Shown: positions 1-13,690 of the stretch, piece by piece
Layout of the letters: each line of letters opens with the position of its first letter
How positions within the stretch are numbered: the first letter of the stretch is position 1
Assembly (NCBI GenBank): GCA_964016885.1
Contig: OZ024752.1
Location: forward strand, 22,444,001-22,508,000
Length of the DNA: 64,000 nt
From: Eledone cirrhosa
Taxonomy: Eukaryota
Direction: 5' to 3'
Translations under genes and position numbers: made by a program
Notes under the pieces: generated by a model
Seen by the model: the letters and a program-made list of their open reading frames with translations, nothing else
What the model was told of the DNA's origin: nothing
Database searches by the model: none

Positions 1-2564
1 TGCACGACGGCAGCCATCTATCTGTGACTGTCGAAGGGAGGCGCCAAGAGAACACGACGAGCACATGCTACTTGATCCCGGGCAGATATGTGCGGCTTTT
101 CAGCAGCACTTTTCCCAGCTGTTCGGGAAGCAGTAGCACGCCGGATCGAGAGATGGACTTTAGTGCCTACCACTACGGACTGCCGCGACTCTCAGCCACT
201 GAGGCGGAGTGTTGCGAAAAGCCGATAACAGCTGCTAAAGTACAGGAGGCAATGACTGGCTGCACAAGGGGTAAATCGCCTGGTTTAGATGGTCTGCCCA
301 ACGAACTTTACGTACATATACCAGGCTTGTTCGGAGACCTCTTGGCGAGCGTCTACTGCAACTGGCAGCAGAACGGGAGAATTCCCAGCTCTGTGAGCCA
401 AGGAGCGGTAGCGCTGCTGAGAAAGGATCCGAACAAGGGGGATAACATAGATAATTTCAGGCCCATAACTCTGCTAAACACAGAGTTCAAGATTTGGGCT
501 AATGTGCTAGCAAAGAGGTTCGCGATTGTCGTCGGTGGTCTGGTGGGAGAGGCGCAGACATGCGCCATTCCAGACAGATCCATCCACGACAACCTCCACC
601 TCATGCGATACATCGTGAAGAGGGTTGCTAGGGAACCTGGCACGAGTGGATCCTTGATCAATTTAGATCAGTCAAAAGCTTTCGATAGGGTCGACCATCA
701 TTATGTGGCGGCAGTCCTGAGGCGGGGCCAGCTTTGGGCCTGTCTTCAGAGGCTGGATTGCTGCCATGCACAGCGACATGGGCTATGTGGTGAGAGTGAA
801 CGGTCACCTTTCGGAACCGTTCAACATCATGCGCTCGGTCCACCAAGGATGTCCTCTCTCGTCCGTGTTGTACGTATTAACTCTCGAGCCATTACTGCAC
901 AAAATGGAGATGCTGAGGGGGGTCCTGCGGAAGAACCGCGTCAGCATATGCAGACGACGTCACCGTAGTGGTGTCGAACACCAAACATATCGAGGCGATC
1001 GGCACTACACTTAGAGAATACGAGGCGGTGACAGGAGCAATGATCAACCAGGAAAAATTGGTGGGCCTGCAGCTCGACACCTGGAGAAGCAGATCCATGC
1101 CGTCCAACAGCGTCGTTGGGCGTCGGACGGACGGACCGGTTAAATTGCTAGTGGTCTGGTTCGGTCCGGGCCTCCAGACGGACAAAAAATGGGATGAGGT
1201 GACGAGGAGGGTGGCCTCTCTCACTCAGAAATGGGCTGAGGAAGCTATCCCTGAAAGGTCGAGCGGAGGTGGCGAACGCGTACATCGCATCCGTCATCTA
1301 CTACCGCATGACCGTCGTGCCTTGTCTTAAGCCTCGCCTGACTGCACTGGAGCGTTTGCTCTTTTGCTTTTTGTGGAAGGAACGTGCTCTGATGGTCAGG
1401 CGGTCAAGCTGCTGTCAACACCCGCTATGCAGAGGGCTGGGCACGCCGTGGCTGATGATGCACAGACATGCTCTCAGGCTACGGCATCTCCACCTCTTCC
1501 TCGACGGTGATCAGGTGTGGTCGCCATTTGCTAGATGTTTCTTTCCCCAGCTCGTCTCCTTGACTGAGCTGCAGTCCTGGGTCAAGCAAAAACCGAGAGG
1601 GAGCGGGTGGAAACTGGAATGTCTTCAGGCGCTTACAGCCCTCGACCAGTCGGGCAATGCGATCATTGGCGTTCTATAGAGGGTTAGTGGAGGGAAAGAG
1701 CGACGACATCCTTGGGGAGACTCTGGGCGCCGACGAAAACCAACTAGCCAATCTCTTTGGGAGACTTTCAGGCCGGGGCCCATGGACAATTTCCAGAAAT
1801 CCCTGGCCTGGCAGTGCTACCGAGGAGCCTTGCCAGTTCAGGATAAAGTCTATAGGCCTGTAGGTGCCATCAGCCGGGCCTGTCCGAGAAGCGCGCAGGG
1901 CGACGCAACCGTCCTGCACGCACTCGTCCAGTGTCCGAGCATTGCTGACTTGTGGGTTTATGTCGAACACCTGCTGTCGCGTGTAGGACGGATCCAGCTA
2001 TCAGTTGAGTCCATCGTGAGGATTGCCCTTGCCGCCTTTCTTTAGCTGGGAAGGGCAGGCAGTTTTTATCTCTCTGGTGGCCATGGTGATAGAGATAGTA
2101 TGGTGGACACGTCTGAAAGGGTTGAAGACGGGTACTTTCCTCTTCGGTGATGCCCTCATTAACTTTTTCAGGTTTCAGCTAAAAAGGAAAATCGGGGTGG
2201 AGAGGGAAGTGCTGCCTTCCAGCCAGTTTGTTGAAAGGTGGGTGAGAGAAGCAAGAAAGGCCCGTGTGAATGGGCCTACCTTGAGCATGTGCCTGTGGCA
2301 TCGTAGGAGGAAAACTGGAAGAGGGCACTTGCCCTAACGGTCAGGGTAACCGTGGCTTTTTTGTGGTCTTTCTTCACGAGTGACCCTCGGAAGTCTCCCC
2401 CCCCCCCTATTGGGGAATTTTTCGTTGTTTTCTTTTTTTGTTACATCCTCTGTTTTTGCTTTTTTTTTTTTAAATGCAGAAATGCCCATTTGTACCGTCC
2501 TGTATTGTCCTGTGTTGTCCTTAATGTTATACTTTGTGTCAACCCTTGTGGTTAATAAAGAAAG

Positions 2565-2604
<40 letters not shown>
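1..2604 (+). mobile_element. Tx1/L1-clade non-LTR retrotransposon, degenerate ORF2 (RT + C-terminal CCHC region), 5' part outside window
   Basis: Frameshifted ORFs carry GKSPGLDGLP, NFRPITLLN, LDQSKAFDRV, QGCPLS, AYADD (off-frame at ~945-960) and RACPRS..TVLHALVQC; AATAAA then (ATT)n tail at 2566-2604; same family as 55520-59180. Confidence 0.9.
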
Positions 2605-2679
2605 GAAGGTGAAGCCACGCTTCTTATCGGCTCTAGTTTTTTCCTCCTAAAGCTGCTGCTTCACCTTTTATTTATATAT

Positions 2680-3407
2680 CACTCTTGGTTGTCCATCGTA
2701 AACGATGATGACATCTTTATTGTTGTTCCCGTCTGCCGTTGGCACGAATGTGGCTGTGGTGGCCGATCCTTGACTTACAGGTCTGAGGACAGTGGGGTCA
2801 GGGGAAGAGACCGGAGTCAGACTGGCAACTCCCAGAGGTTACCTCCACCTATTACCTCCGCCTTTTGCCTATTGCCGCAGGGCTTTGGGAGTGCACGCTA
2901 AAGAAGACACCTGTGCGGGCAAGGTTTATAGTGGGAGGGCCAGTGCACAGTGACGGTCCCACTCACTCGGCCGCAGAAGCCAGAATCTGGTGGTACGGAG
3001 GATCGTCACAACCAGGGACTTCCTTGGCTGCAGTGGATGGCCACGACATCTGTAGTGCCTTGCCGTGCCCTAGCACTCCACACCGCTTGCTGTCGCCACC
3101 TTCGTGACCGTTGGGACGATGTTGTCCTCCTCCACTCACTCCGCCGGGTCCAGTCTTCGCATGCAGGGGCAGGCATCCCCTATCTAACTCACTGGGAGGT
3201 TTCAGACCCGTCCGGCTACCCTCAACCTGGTTCTGCCCACCAGCCAAGGCGGTTTACTGGGGTGCGGCTGCTGTCGTATGCTACAACTTCTTGGGGCCAT
3301 AGGTGAGAGCTGAGTGTCAGGTGGGACCCAATGCATGACGAGCTGACCTGAAAAGGGCATGGCTAGCCCCCCCCCCTACAGAGGTACATGTTCCTCCCTG
3401 ACACCCC
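2680..3407 (-). mobile_element. Internally deleted non-autonomous RTE-clade element (5' UTR joined directly to 3' end)
   Basis: Minus strand near 2830-2710 reads LFP*PHCPQTCKSRIGHHSHIRA, the RTE C-terminal zinc-finger motif CxxC..SRIGLxSHxR; it is preceded by a GC-rich structured leader with no APE or RT in between. Confidence 0.65.
3221..3407 (-). ncRNA. Degenerate HDV-like ribozyme fold at the RTE 5' end
   Basis: P1 GGGGTGT/GCACCCC, P2 CTCACCT/AGGTTGAG, P3 GGC/GCC, P4 CCGCC/GGTGG, J4/2 GCAGAA; J1/4 is AG instead of GG and L3 is elongated. Confidence 0.45.
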
Positions 3408-3729
3408 AGGCATATACACACGCATACACATATGTACATGTGTATATACATATTTACACATTTTTGGATAGCCGATGACTCTTATGATTTCTTCCGCGCT
3501 TTGTCAGGTTTTGTTTTCTGTCCTGCAGGGTGCCCAAAATCACCCGCCTCACCAAGTTTGGTGAGGTTGCCAGTTTAGTCGCCTGCGACCCGACCATGCG
3601 ACAGGTTGTACTGGTTTACATGTTACCAGTAGCACTCAAGAGTGACCTGACATTTATATATATATATATATAAATATATATATATATCATCATCATCATC
3701 ATCATCATTGTTTAATGTCCATTTTTCCT

Positions 3730-4350
3730 CACTACAAAGATTGCAAGCAGCTGGTACAGTCCTCATTTAGAAATATGAAGGATGCTTGGTGGATGGCTAA
3801 AGCACCGGAACTACAAGAAGCTGCTGATAAAAAGGACTCACAAGCCTTTTATAACGGTCTCAAGGCAGTGTATGGTCCGAGGGAGGGCAGGTCAAATCCA
3901 GTGCTTTCCTCTGATGAAACAACCCTATTCATGGACAAAGCTGAGATTCTCACTCACTGGAAGAAACACTTTGAGAAGGTCCTTAATACAGAATCAAAGG
4001 TTGATGAAGATGTAATTTTATCTACTCCACAAAGGCCGGAGATCTCTGAATTACCATTAAACCTAAACTTGAATGAAATAAAAGCTGCTATCAGGCAGCT
4101 ATCATCCAATAAGGCTCCTGGTAAAGATAGCATTCCACTTGAAATCTTCAAATTTGGTGGTAAAAAACTGATCCGTAAAAAACCGATCTTCAGCTATTTC
4201 TAGAGATCTGGAGGGTTGGGAGCATCCCCCAGGACTTCAGAGATGCATCAATAATCCACCTGTTCAAAAACAAAAGTAAAAAATCTATTTGCGACAACTC
4301 TTGCGACATCTCCTTCTCTGTATTGCTGGTAAGATACTATCCCGTGTTAT
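3730..4350 (+). pseudogene. RTE/BovB-like LINE ORF fragment (linker and start of RT)
   Basis: KDAWWMAKAPELQEAADKKDSQAFYNGLKAVYGP...KAPGKDSIPLEIFK, then frameshifted IPQDFRDASIIHLFK. Confidence 0.8.
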
Positions 4351-5832
4351 TAGCAGACCCACTGATCAGCCAGATTTGCATATCAGCAGATAAGCCAGTC
4401 AGTTTCATGTATAAGAACAATTAATGGCTGGCTTTGCCATATTCAAATAAACAAATAGTTTATCGCTCTACATGGCTGAATACAATAAATGTGATCTGAG
4501 TTTTTCAAATATTAATAATTGTTTCTATTTTAGGCACAAGGCCAGCAATTACCCAGTACATAATAATAATATTCGATTTGTTTGCAATTATGAAAGAGCC
4601 TCTTTAAAGCCATGTCAGTAGAATGAAACCTTCATTCTTGCTCTTGTGTTGGCATGTAAACAGAACTGCAGACACTAATGTTTCTAGGTGATTAGCCTTT
4701 ATCAGTACAGTATACTGCCTACTTGCCAACTGTCAGAGCTAATGAAAATGTGTGACACCTACACCTACACAACCACTCTACAGTGTGGGCTGAGTGCTTT
4801 TTGTTGTGACACCCACACAACTACTTTACAGTGTGGGCTGGAGTCTTCACTGGACGTATGCTACAGCCTCTCCTCATAAGATGTATGGGAGGATAGGGTG
4901 GGGGTGATGCATACTATATACATGTATGCTTCAGCTTCAGCCTGTGCCCATGGGTAGGTGGGTCTTCTGTATTACTGCATATATATATATATATATATCA
5001 TCATCAATATTTAATGTCCACTTTCCCACACTGGTATGGGTTAGATGAGTTATCCTGTTATGGACAATGCCAGGTCATCAGGTGACCATGTCTTGCTCAT
5101 ACAGAACTGATTTGGCTTGCTTTCTACAGCTGGATGCCCTTCCATTTACAGTGAATACTGGGTGCTTTTTGATGTGACACCTACACAACCACTTTACAGT
5201 GTGCGCTGGAGGCTTCACTGCATGTATACTTCAGCTCGACCTCATGGAAGATGAATGGGAGGGTAGGGCGGGGTGGCGTGGTGTGGTGCATACTACATAT
5301 ATGCTTCAGTCTTGGCCTGTGCCTATTGGAAGTCTGGTTTTCTGTAATACTGCATAACACCAGAGATCTCGGTCATGTGTCATCCATCATCTTTGAGAGG
5401 TGCAATATGGCAAGGTCAGCTTTTATCACCTCGTCCCAAGTCTTCCTGGGTCTTCCTACTCCTAGGCTTATATATATGTATGTATGTATTATACATGTCC
5501 ATTACATACTATATATTTACCACAGAGCGGGTGGATAGTGTTTTGTGACTAACAAATTGAGGTGTAATAGGTCTAATGAATTGAGATGTTATAGGAGGAT
5601 TAGTAGAGCTATCTAAGGGAAGTGGAAGGGCTCGGCTGTCCATAAGAAGGATAGGCCAGTGTAACAGCATATTCCAGTACTAGGGGGTTTCGAATTTAAG
5701 TAATTATTTAGTCAAATTCATGTTAAAGAATGGGGTACAAGATAAATGAACAAATGAAATAATAATAATACCTTAATGTAAAGTATGTAACTAGTTTTTT
5801 GAATCTGACTGATAAAATGACGAGTCAGTCAA

Positions 5833-6450
5833 TCATATTGGTGGCCTCCCCACAGCCCCGGCGGACAGAATGGAGAAGGCATTTCCCCGGAGGACGGCAA
5901 GGGAGACGCGCTGGAAAAGCCATTCCAACTTGCGGGGCTCACACCTGCGCCTGGCCAGCTCAGCGCCTATGGTGGTGAGTAGCGAGGTAGCTCTAGGGCC
6001 GAGGACACCAGAAGTCTCTACTGCCAAGGGTACAACCGCAAACCTGTCGGAGAGCGACTGGTACTTGAAGAGTTTGGCCTCCTCAACCCAACATGCAGCA
6101 GAACCTGGGTTAGTCGCAGACTGCACCAGGTTGCGGCTACAGAAAGTGTTGGTGAAAGTGGCATCCCAGACGAGGGGTTTGCCACTGCAGAACGGGAAGA
6201 TGGTTATGCCATCTGGCCTTTTGCCGTCCCCTCAGTCCAGCCCTACTAGCTCGAGCTGGGAAGGGAAGCCTACAGCGTCCAAGCCATGCTTTATGACCTC
6301 GTTGAGGGCAGCATGGCATGGAAAGTGGCCAGCACTGTGGCAACAGGAAAGCGGGTGGAGGCCGAAAGAGTCCACGGCGGATCCACAGCAACATTGGTGT
6401 AGCTCGCAGATCCGGAGGCCGAGCCTCAAGGAAACGCCGATGCGCACAAA
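5833..6450 (-). mobile_element. CRE-like non-LTR retrotransposon 3' fragment (restriction-like endonuclease)
   Basis: [17 protein letters not shown]...H..LN, KRPDG..F...GKPLVWDAT, KYQSL...VPLAVETSGVLGP...LFQRVSLAVLRGNA. Confidence 0.8.
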
Positions 6451-6479
6451 GCTAACTATAGATTTTAAGGAAAGTTTTA

Positions 6480-7150
6480 GACATCTTGTGCCTACAAGTG
6501 TTGAAGAAGTTTGAATGTTTGTTTATTATTTGGGGCTCATCATGTATAATATGCAGAGCTTCGGTAATGCAAAGATCACAATGACGCAAAAAAGATCCAC
6601 TCACGTATGGTTGTGTAATTACAAGTATTAACCATGACAGAGAGTATTGTGTTCTAACCTGCTTAACTCTAATTGTTCTGTGCTCCATCACTTATCAATG
6701 TGGTTTTAAGAAGTGGCGATGGTTGACTCACTTAGCCTTAAAACTGGTCGCTGTGGCACAAATTTATTTGTATGTTGTGTCACTAGTGGTAACCTTACAC
6801 TCATATACATTTGTACAGAAGTATTTATTCTGCATAGGGCAGTTAGCTAGAATTTTACAGTTACAGTCATTGTTGTTAGTATGTGTTTTGTTGTAATTAT
6901 GTCTATAGGGGTGGTTGTCTACCTGGTTTAGGTGAATAGAGTTGTGTCTGTTAGGTCCCTTACTATGTTTCCCCAAAGTATTTATGTAATACTCACAGCT
7001 AGAAGTAATGTCAAATGTAATGATGAACTTTGGACACACAGGGACAGACTTAATGATTTTGATATCACCATAGGCTCCACGAACTCCACCCAAGTAACAG
7101 ACCTTGTTGGATGATACATTCTCCACCTAATTAAACATAGGATACTGGTA
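6480..7150 (-). mobile_element. Degenerate Penelope-like element fragment (GIY-YIG region)
   Basis: DCNCKILANCPMQNKYFCTNVYECKVTT and terminal CRHK resemble the PLE at 39740-40190; a related piece lies at ~7900-8110 on the + strand. Confidence 0.6.
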
Positions 7151-9198
7151 CTGGACATAGGTTTGTACGGCAGTGATGTACTTTTTATCTTGTTTAAAAG
7201 AGATAATCTGAATAGGAAAAAGAAAATGAACATTAAATTTTTTTAATAATTATGATCTAATAAGTTGAAATAGGTACTTATAGAAAAATAGTCAATTTCC
7301 TCGACATAACCTTAAACCTTCATTCTGGCCTCTATTACTCATATCACAAATTAAACAAAAATCTCAGTTATGTTAGCTACAACTCTAACCACCCAAGGAT
7401 GATGATTATGGCTAATGTTAATAATGTGATTAAGAGAATTTCTATGCTTTTTACGAATAGGGACATTTTTAATGGCAAGGCTAGTTACTACAATGACACA
7501 CAAGCAAGGGCTGGATACAAGGAGAAAATAAAATACATAGGTAGTGATAGTTGACAACACATCTATAGACAACTCATAGAGCAACCACTGACATATGTAC
7601 CCTAACCTGAAAATACAAGCTGAGGCAACTCACATAAGCATTGCATAGATAGCACTAATATAGCAAATTCTAGATGTAGCAAGACAACAACCATTGGCTT
7701 AACTGTAGGGTCAGATATAGACAGAGCAGCCCATAGACACAATAACCCCACTACTACTTGTCACAAGGGGAAATCAAACATGCCCTCCACATCCTCTAGT
7801 GCATCTGTACACCTTAAGGAACCCTCCCCCTCACACACACACTAAACACATAGAACACAATGAAACAAAGTAACAACAGAACAAAATCTGCTTGTGTTGT
7901 AGCTCACCTCACTACTCGTGGCTTAAAATTAGCATCAGCTGATGTTTTTTCAAGGTATTTGATGCTTCCCCAAATCACATAGGAATGAGCGTAACAGTAT
8001 TTGCACCTGCATAATACATAAATACCTTGAGGAAACATAGTAAGGGGCCTAACAGACATGACTCTATTCACCCACACCAGGTAGTCAACCACCCCTATAG
8101 ACATAATTACAACACAATACGTACCTTTTTATAATATATATACGTCTGAATAAAAAAGAGTTTAAATTTTAAACTTATTAAATAAGTTTCGATGTGATTG
8201 AAGTGTCTAGTGTAAGGAAAGGGCACCTTAAGACTTTAACTATAAACATTTATTTTTTTACATTCCAAGCGACTACTGTGGCTGGTCTTCATTGGTAACT
8301 AATGGCACGATCGTTGGTATAATTTCTGTACGATAGTCACTGGCTGTTTTTGGTGTTTAAATACAAAAGTGTGTTTAATGAGTATATATGTACTTAAATC
8401 ATGTAGAAGAGGTATTTTAAGCTTAAACTATGAAAACAATGACTGTCTTTATGGTCTCTCTATATCGCGTTTGGTTCTGGAACGTACCCCCCCCCCCACG
8501 ATAAACAGGGGATTATCGTATCCACCCCCACTCTCAAGCGTGAACCTAATACCAACAGTTTGTAACTGCACTCATTGTTATTGTTTTTGTTTTTTACCTT
8601 TCCAATATATATATATATATATATATGTGTGTATATATAGTCTTCGGTGCTGAAACCGAGGAGACTTCTACGGTTGGGATTATACCTACCTACCTACTTA
8701 CCTACTTACCTACCTACCTACTTACCTACCTACTTACCTACTTACCTACCTACTTACCTACCTACCTATCTATCTATCTCTCTCTCTCTCGCTCTTTCTC
8801 TTTATATATATATATACACACACACGTCTATTTTATATATTTATATCTCCCCTACATATTATATATACATACTAGCAGAGATACCTAGCATTGTCTGGTA
8901 TATTATGAAAGTAACAATTTATTTCGGTACATATTATTACCTGTCTTTCTTGTATTCCCTCTTTATATCTTGCCATTTTCTCTCTTCCGCTTGTTATTCC
9001 ATTTTAGATATTCCTACAGAATGGAGAAACAGAGACGATTCCAAAATATAATAGCCACATTGTTTTTGTATGAATTCAGGAAAATAAATAGAATTGAATT
9101 CAATATATATAAAATTTTTATACCTCAAAATAAATACTACCATTACATGTCCGGGGTATGTATACATCTCTCTTACATTCTGTATATATATATATATA

Positions 9199-9640
9199 GG
9201 TGTATTTTATCATGGCACCAGCACTACACTTTACAACATGGACTGGGTGTATTTTATCATGGCCCCAGCACTACACTTTACAACATGGACTGGGTGCATT
9301 TTATCATGGCCCCAGCACTACACTTTACAACATGGACTGGGTGCATTTTATCATGGCACCAGCACTACACTTTACAACATGGACTGGGTGCATTTTATCA
9401 TGGCACCAGCACTACACTTTACAACATGAACTGGGTGCATTTTATCATGGCACCAGCACTACACTTTACAACATGAACTGGGTGCATTTTATCATAGCAC
9501 CAACACTACACTTTACAACATGAACTGGGTGTATTTTATCATGGCACCAGCACTACACTTTACAACATGGACTGGGTGTATTTTATCATGGCCCCAGCAC
9601 TACACTTTACAATATGGACTGGGTGTATTTTATGACATAA
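9199..9640. repeat. 47-bp minisatellite, about 9-10 copies
   Basis: Unit GGTGYATTTTATCATGGCMCCAGCACTACACTTTACAACATGRACTG repeats with period 47. Confidence 0.95.
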
Positions 9641-10029
9641 GCACTACTGCTTTACTGAAAGTTGTGTGCATTTTATTGTGACACCAGCACTGGGGGGATT
9701 TTTGTATTTAGCAGGATAGAAACAGGCAGCGTGGGGGGGGGGGGGGGGGTGAGAGTATGGTGCAAGTAGCATTGTGGAATGGGTAGCAATGGCTTCTATA
9801 TGTTACTTGCTGAGAAAGAAGGAAAGAAAGTGGGAAGAGATGTTTGGATCATGAAGGTGTCCTTGAAGAGAAGGAAAGTGATGACTAACATCATCTCTTG
9901 AGGGGAGATGGGGTAAAGGTTGTAAAGTGATACACAGCATAGCATCTTAGGCAAGTGTCATTTACCATAAATTGAAAGAAATAATCCATTTTGTTTTGCT
10001 AACACTTCATCTGGGATGCCACATGTTGT

Positions 10030-10310
10030 GACACCTTCTCCACCTCAAACTTAGTCGATTCGGCCGCAAACCCCGGTACTGAGGCCAGCCTTGCAAAGAA
10101 AAGGAAGATAAACAAATACCAGGGATTGTCTGGCCGCTTCCTCTTTGCACCTGTTGCCGTCGAGACCTCATGCATACTTGGACCCCGTACAGTCGAGCTC
10201 CTCCGTAAGATCGGAACGTCAGCGGCCCGTCTGAGCCCTGTGAGGTGGAGTGGCTGTTGCTGATCATTGTCCGCAGGAATGCTTTTGCAGTCTTGTCCGC
10301 GAGGCGCAGC
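10030..10310 (+). mobile_element. CRE-like RLE 3' fragment
   Basis: LGPRTVELLRKIGTSAARL..EVEWLL...RRNAFAVLSA; homologous to 15520-15675 (-) and similar to 5833-6010. Confidence 0.6.
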
Positions 10311-10469
10311 CCTTTATCGCCGTGCCCTAGGCCCAGAGCCTAATCACCCTCGCCGTTCTTCTTTTCCGTTTTTTTCTTTTATATTTTCCTATTTTACATT
10401 CCATTCTTTCTTCTCCATCTAAATTTTCTTTTTTTTTTTCTTTTTCTATGGAAAAATTTATGCACAAAA

Positions 10470-13400
10470 TCATCATCATCATCATTTTACCTCCGCTTTT
10501 CCCTGTTTGCAAGGGTGGGACGGGTCTTATTCACCACAGCATCTCTCCACTCGTCACGGTCCCTCGTCATCTCCACCGTGAGCTTCAATGATCTGAGATC
10601 TGTTCTCACCACCTCCGCCCATGTTTTTCGTGGTCTACCTCTACCTCGTCTTCCTTCAACTGGCAATTCCTGGCACTTCTTCACCCATCGGTCATCCTCC
10701 ATGCGCATCACATGTCCATACCACCTCAGTCTCCTCTCCCGTACACTACATTCTATCCCTCTCAGACACAGTTTCTCTCTCAACACATTTATGCTGGGTC
10801 GTTCACGCACATTTACACTGCACATCCAACGGAGCATGCTTGCCTCATTTCTCTCCAGCCGTCGCATATCCTCTGCAGTTGCTGCCCATGTCTCACTACC
10901 ATGCAGCATCGCGCTCCTCACACGGGCATCATACAACCGGCCTTTCGTACGCAGGGAGAAACCCTTCTTCGTCAACAGAGGAAGCAGCTCCCTAAACTTC
11001 TTCCAACCCGTCCTTATTCTAGATACTATGGCCTCCGAACACCCTCCTCCCATGCTAATCTGATCTCCTAGGTACCGGAAGCTATCCACCACTTCTATAG
11101 CGCCCTCTTGCATTTGAAAAATGATGTGTCTATCAGTGCGACTTCTACTGTCTAATTTCCCTGTACATCTACTGCATACATATTTCTCCCTACCTGTTAG
11201 TTTGCCTGCTATCCCGCTACATCTCTTGTGTACCCAGGATCTGCATCGTGTGCATTTTATAGAATTTATGCCAGTTCCTTTTCTGCATATCGAACATGGC
11301 AATTTCCCTGATGGAATCAGAGTTTTGTCCTCTTTTCTACTCATCAACACTTTTGTCTTAGCTAGATAACACTCTCAGTCTTCTTGCTTCCAACTGCTGT
11401 TTCCATAGCCAGAATTTATTCTCTAGCTCCTCTACTGATTCTGCTATAAGAACCAGATCGTCAGCATAGAGAAGTTCCCATGGACAGCCAGTCTTAAACT
11501 CCTCTGTTATGGCTTGGAGGACTATAATGAACAAGAGCGGGCTGAGGACCGAACCCTGATGTACTCCTACTTGTATCTGGAATTCCTCACTAAACTCCAT
11601 TCCTACCCTGACTTTACTGAGAGTACCTCTGTACAAAGTTTGCACTGTCCTCACAAGCCATTCCTCAACACCTAGCTTCCTTAGGGACCACCAGATGACA
11701 GATCGGGGTACCCTATCAAAGGCCTTCTCTAGGTCAACAAAGGCTAAGTATAGTGGCTTATTCTTCTCTAAGAACCTCTCTTGCAATTGTCTCACCAAGA
11801 AAGGGGCATCTATTGTACTCTTCCCAGGCACAAAACCAAACTGCATCTCATCTAGTTTGACCCTTTCTCTAATTAGTTGTGCTAAAATCCTTTCTGCCAC
11901 TTTTATAACCTGATCTATCAGTTTTATACCCCTATAATTGCTCCTCTCCAAAGCATCTCCTTTACCTTTGTAGCAATTTATGAGAATACTGCTGCACCAG
12001 TCTTTGGGTATGACACCACCATATATAGCCTGATTGATGATGCGTGCAACCAGTTTAGTGCCTACGTCCCCTGATGCCTTCAGCATCTCAGCAACTATTC
12101 CCGATGGTCCGGCAGCCTTACCATTTTTCATTTCCCTAATCGCCTCTTGGACCCTATATTCGTCAATCTCAATAGCTGGTCCCTCTGTCGGATCTACCAA
12201 GGGTAATTTCTCTCTCTCCCATTCGTTCTCCACATTCATCAGTCTCTCATAATGACATTTCCAGGCCTCCTTTTTCTGATCATTCGTGACACTAAGTACA
12301 CCGGCATCATCCCGGACACATTTATCTCCAACAACATCCTGATTTGCATTGATACACTGCCTTGCAATGTGGAACACCGCACGCCTCTGATCTTCCCGTC
12401 GCAGAACATTGGCAAACCTCCTACTCTCTGCCTCCCTGCGTGCTAAGCACACCTAACGTCTAGCTTCTCTCTTAGTGGCTGTATATTCTTCCCTACTCCC
12501 ACCCTTTTTCCAAGCCTTCCATGCTAGTCTTTTGTCTCTAATAGCCTTATCTACTGTGCTGTTCCACCACCAGGTCACTTTCTGTCTGGTTGGAGCTCTG
12601 CTCCAGCCACAGGTTTCATCAGTAGCCTGCAGCAAGTTGTCACGTAAGAAATTCCAGTTATTATCTGTCATACGTCTCTAAATTGTCTTCTTTTTCGTCA
12701 TATACATCTTGAAGGGCTTTCCTAAATTTGTATTTTAGTGAAAGGTCTTTTAGCTTCCAGACCTTTCTTCTCCACACCTTCCTATATGTCTCATTCCATC
12801 TCTTGCTTACTGAGATATCACTAACAACTAACCTATGCTGTGGGGTACATTCTTCCCCAGGGTATGCCTTGGTATTAGACACTATCTTCCCGTTGCCTAA
12901 CTAGCAAGAAGTCAATCTGGCTTATGTGCTCACCAGATTTGTAGGTTATTAGGTGATTGGCAGGTTTCTGGAAGTTTGTGTTGCAAATAGTCAATGTACT
13001 CGCATCACAAAATTCAAGAAGTCTCACTCCTTCTTCATTTCTTGAACCGTAATCGAGCCCGCCATGTACCCCAGTGTAACCATCCTGGAGCTGTCCAACA
13101 TGACCATTGAAGTCTCCTGCTAGCATAACGATGTCTCCGTCCTCTGTCATTGCGGTTGTTTGCAAAAGTTGCTCATAAAAGCAGTCTTTCTCATCTTTGC
13201 CTAGGCCTGCTTGGGGAGCATAGACCGAGATGATTGTCAGTAGTCTCCTACCTACAACTAATCTAAGCTTAATTATTCGATTACTAACTCGAACTACCTC
13301 TATTGTCTTATTGATCCATTTCTCAGCCAGGAAAATGCCTACTCCTCCTAGCCCATCATCCTTACCTACCCAGAATAGCTTATAGCTAAGACGCTTGCCT

Positions 13401-13690
13401 ACGACTAGTCTCGCAGAGGCACCTCTCCATCTCACCTCTTGCACGCAGCACACATCCACCTGCCTTCTCTCCAGCATCTCCGCTATTTCAGCAGATCTAC
13501 CTCTGAGAGTGCCAACATTAAGTGTTGCAACTCTGAGATGCGACGTCTTCATATTTTGTTGTTCCTATTTGTTGCTGTGCTGATAAGCGTTTTGGCATTG
13601 ATATACTGGTTGGATGCCTTTCCTAACACCAGCGCCACTTTACAGCATGGACTGGGTGCTTTTATTTGTGCCACCAGCACTAGAGAGGAT
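10470..13690 (-). mobile_element. Near full-length RTE-clade LINE (APE + RT), with frameshifts
   Basis: APE motifs ATLNVGTL, CVQEVRW, GDFNGHVG, QIDF; RT motifs NYRGIKL, FVDLEKAFDRV, QGSVLSPLLF, LYADDL; PHD-like CSICRK...CRSWVHKRC insertion; (GAT)n tail at ~10470-10485. Confidence 0.92.

Noticed and set aside
3478-3652. Second possible HDV-like ribozyme on the minus strand (TGTCAG/CTGGCA, TCGC/GCGA, CTAAA)
   Set aside because: It is probably an RTE-type leader fragment, but the 5' P1 strand and P1.1 could not be assigned.
9199-9640. Regularly spaced repeats suggesting a CRISPR array
   Set aside because: Units are contiguous with no unique spacers, there are no cas genes, and the context is eukaryotic.
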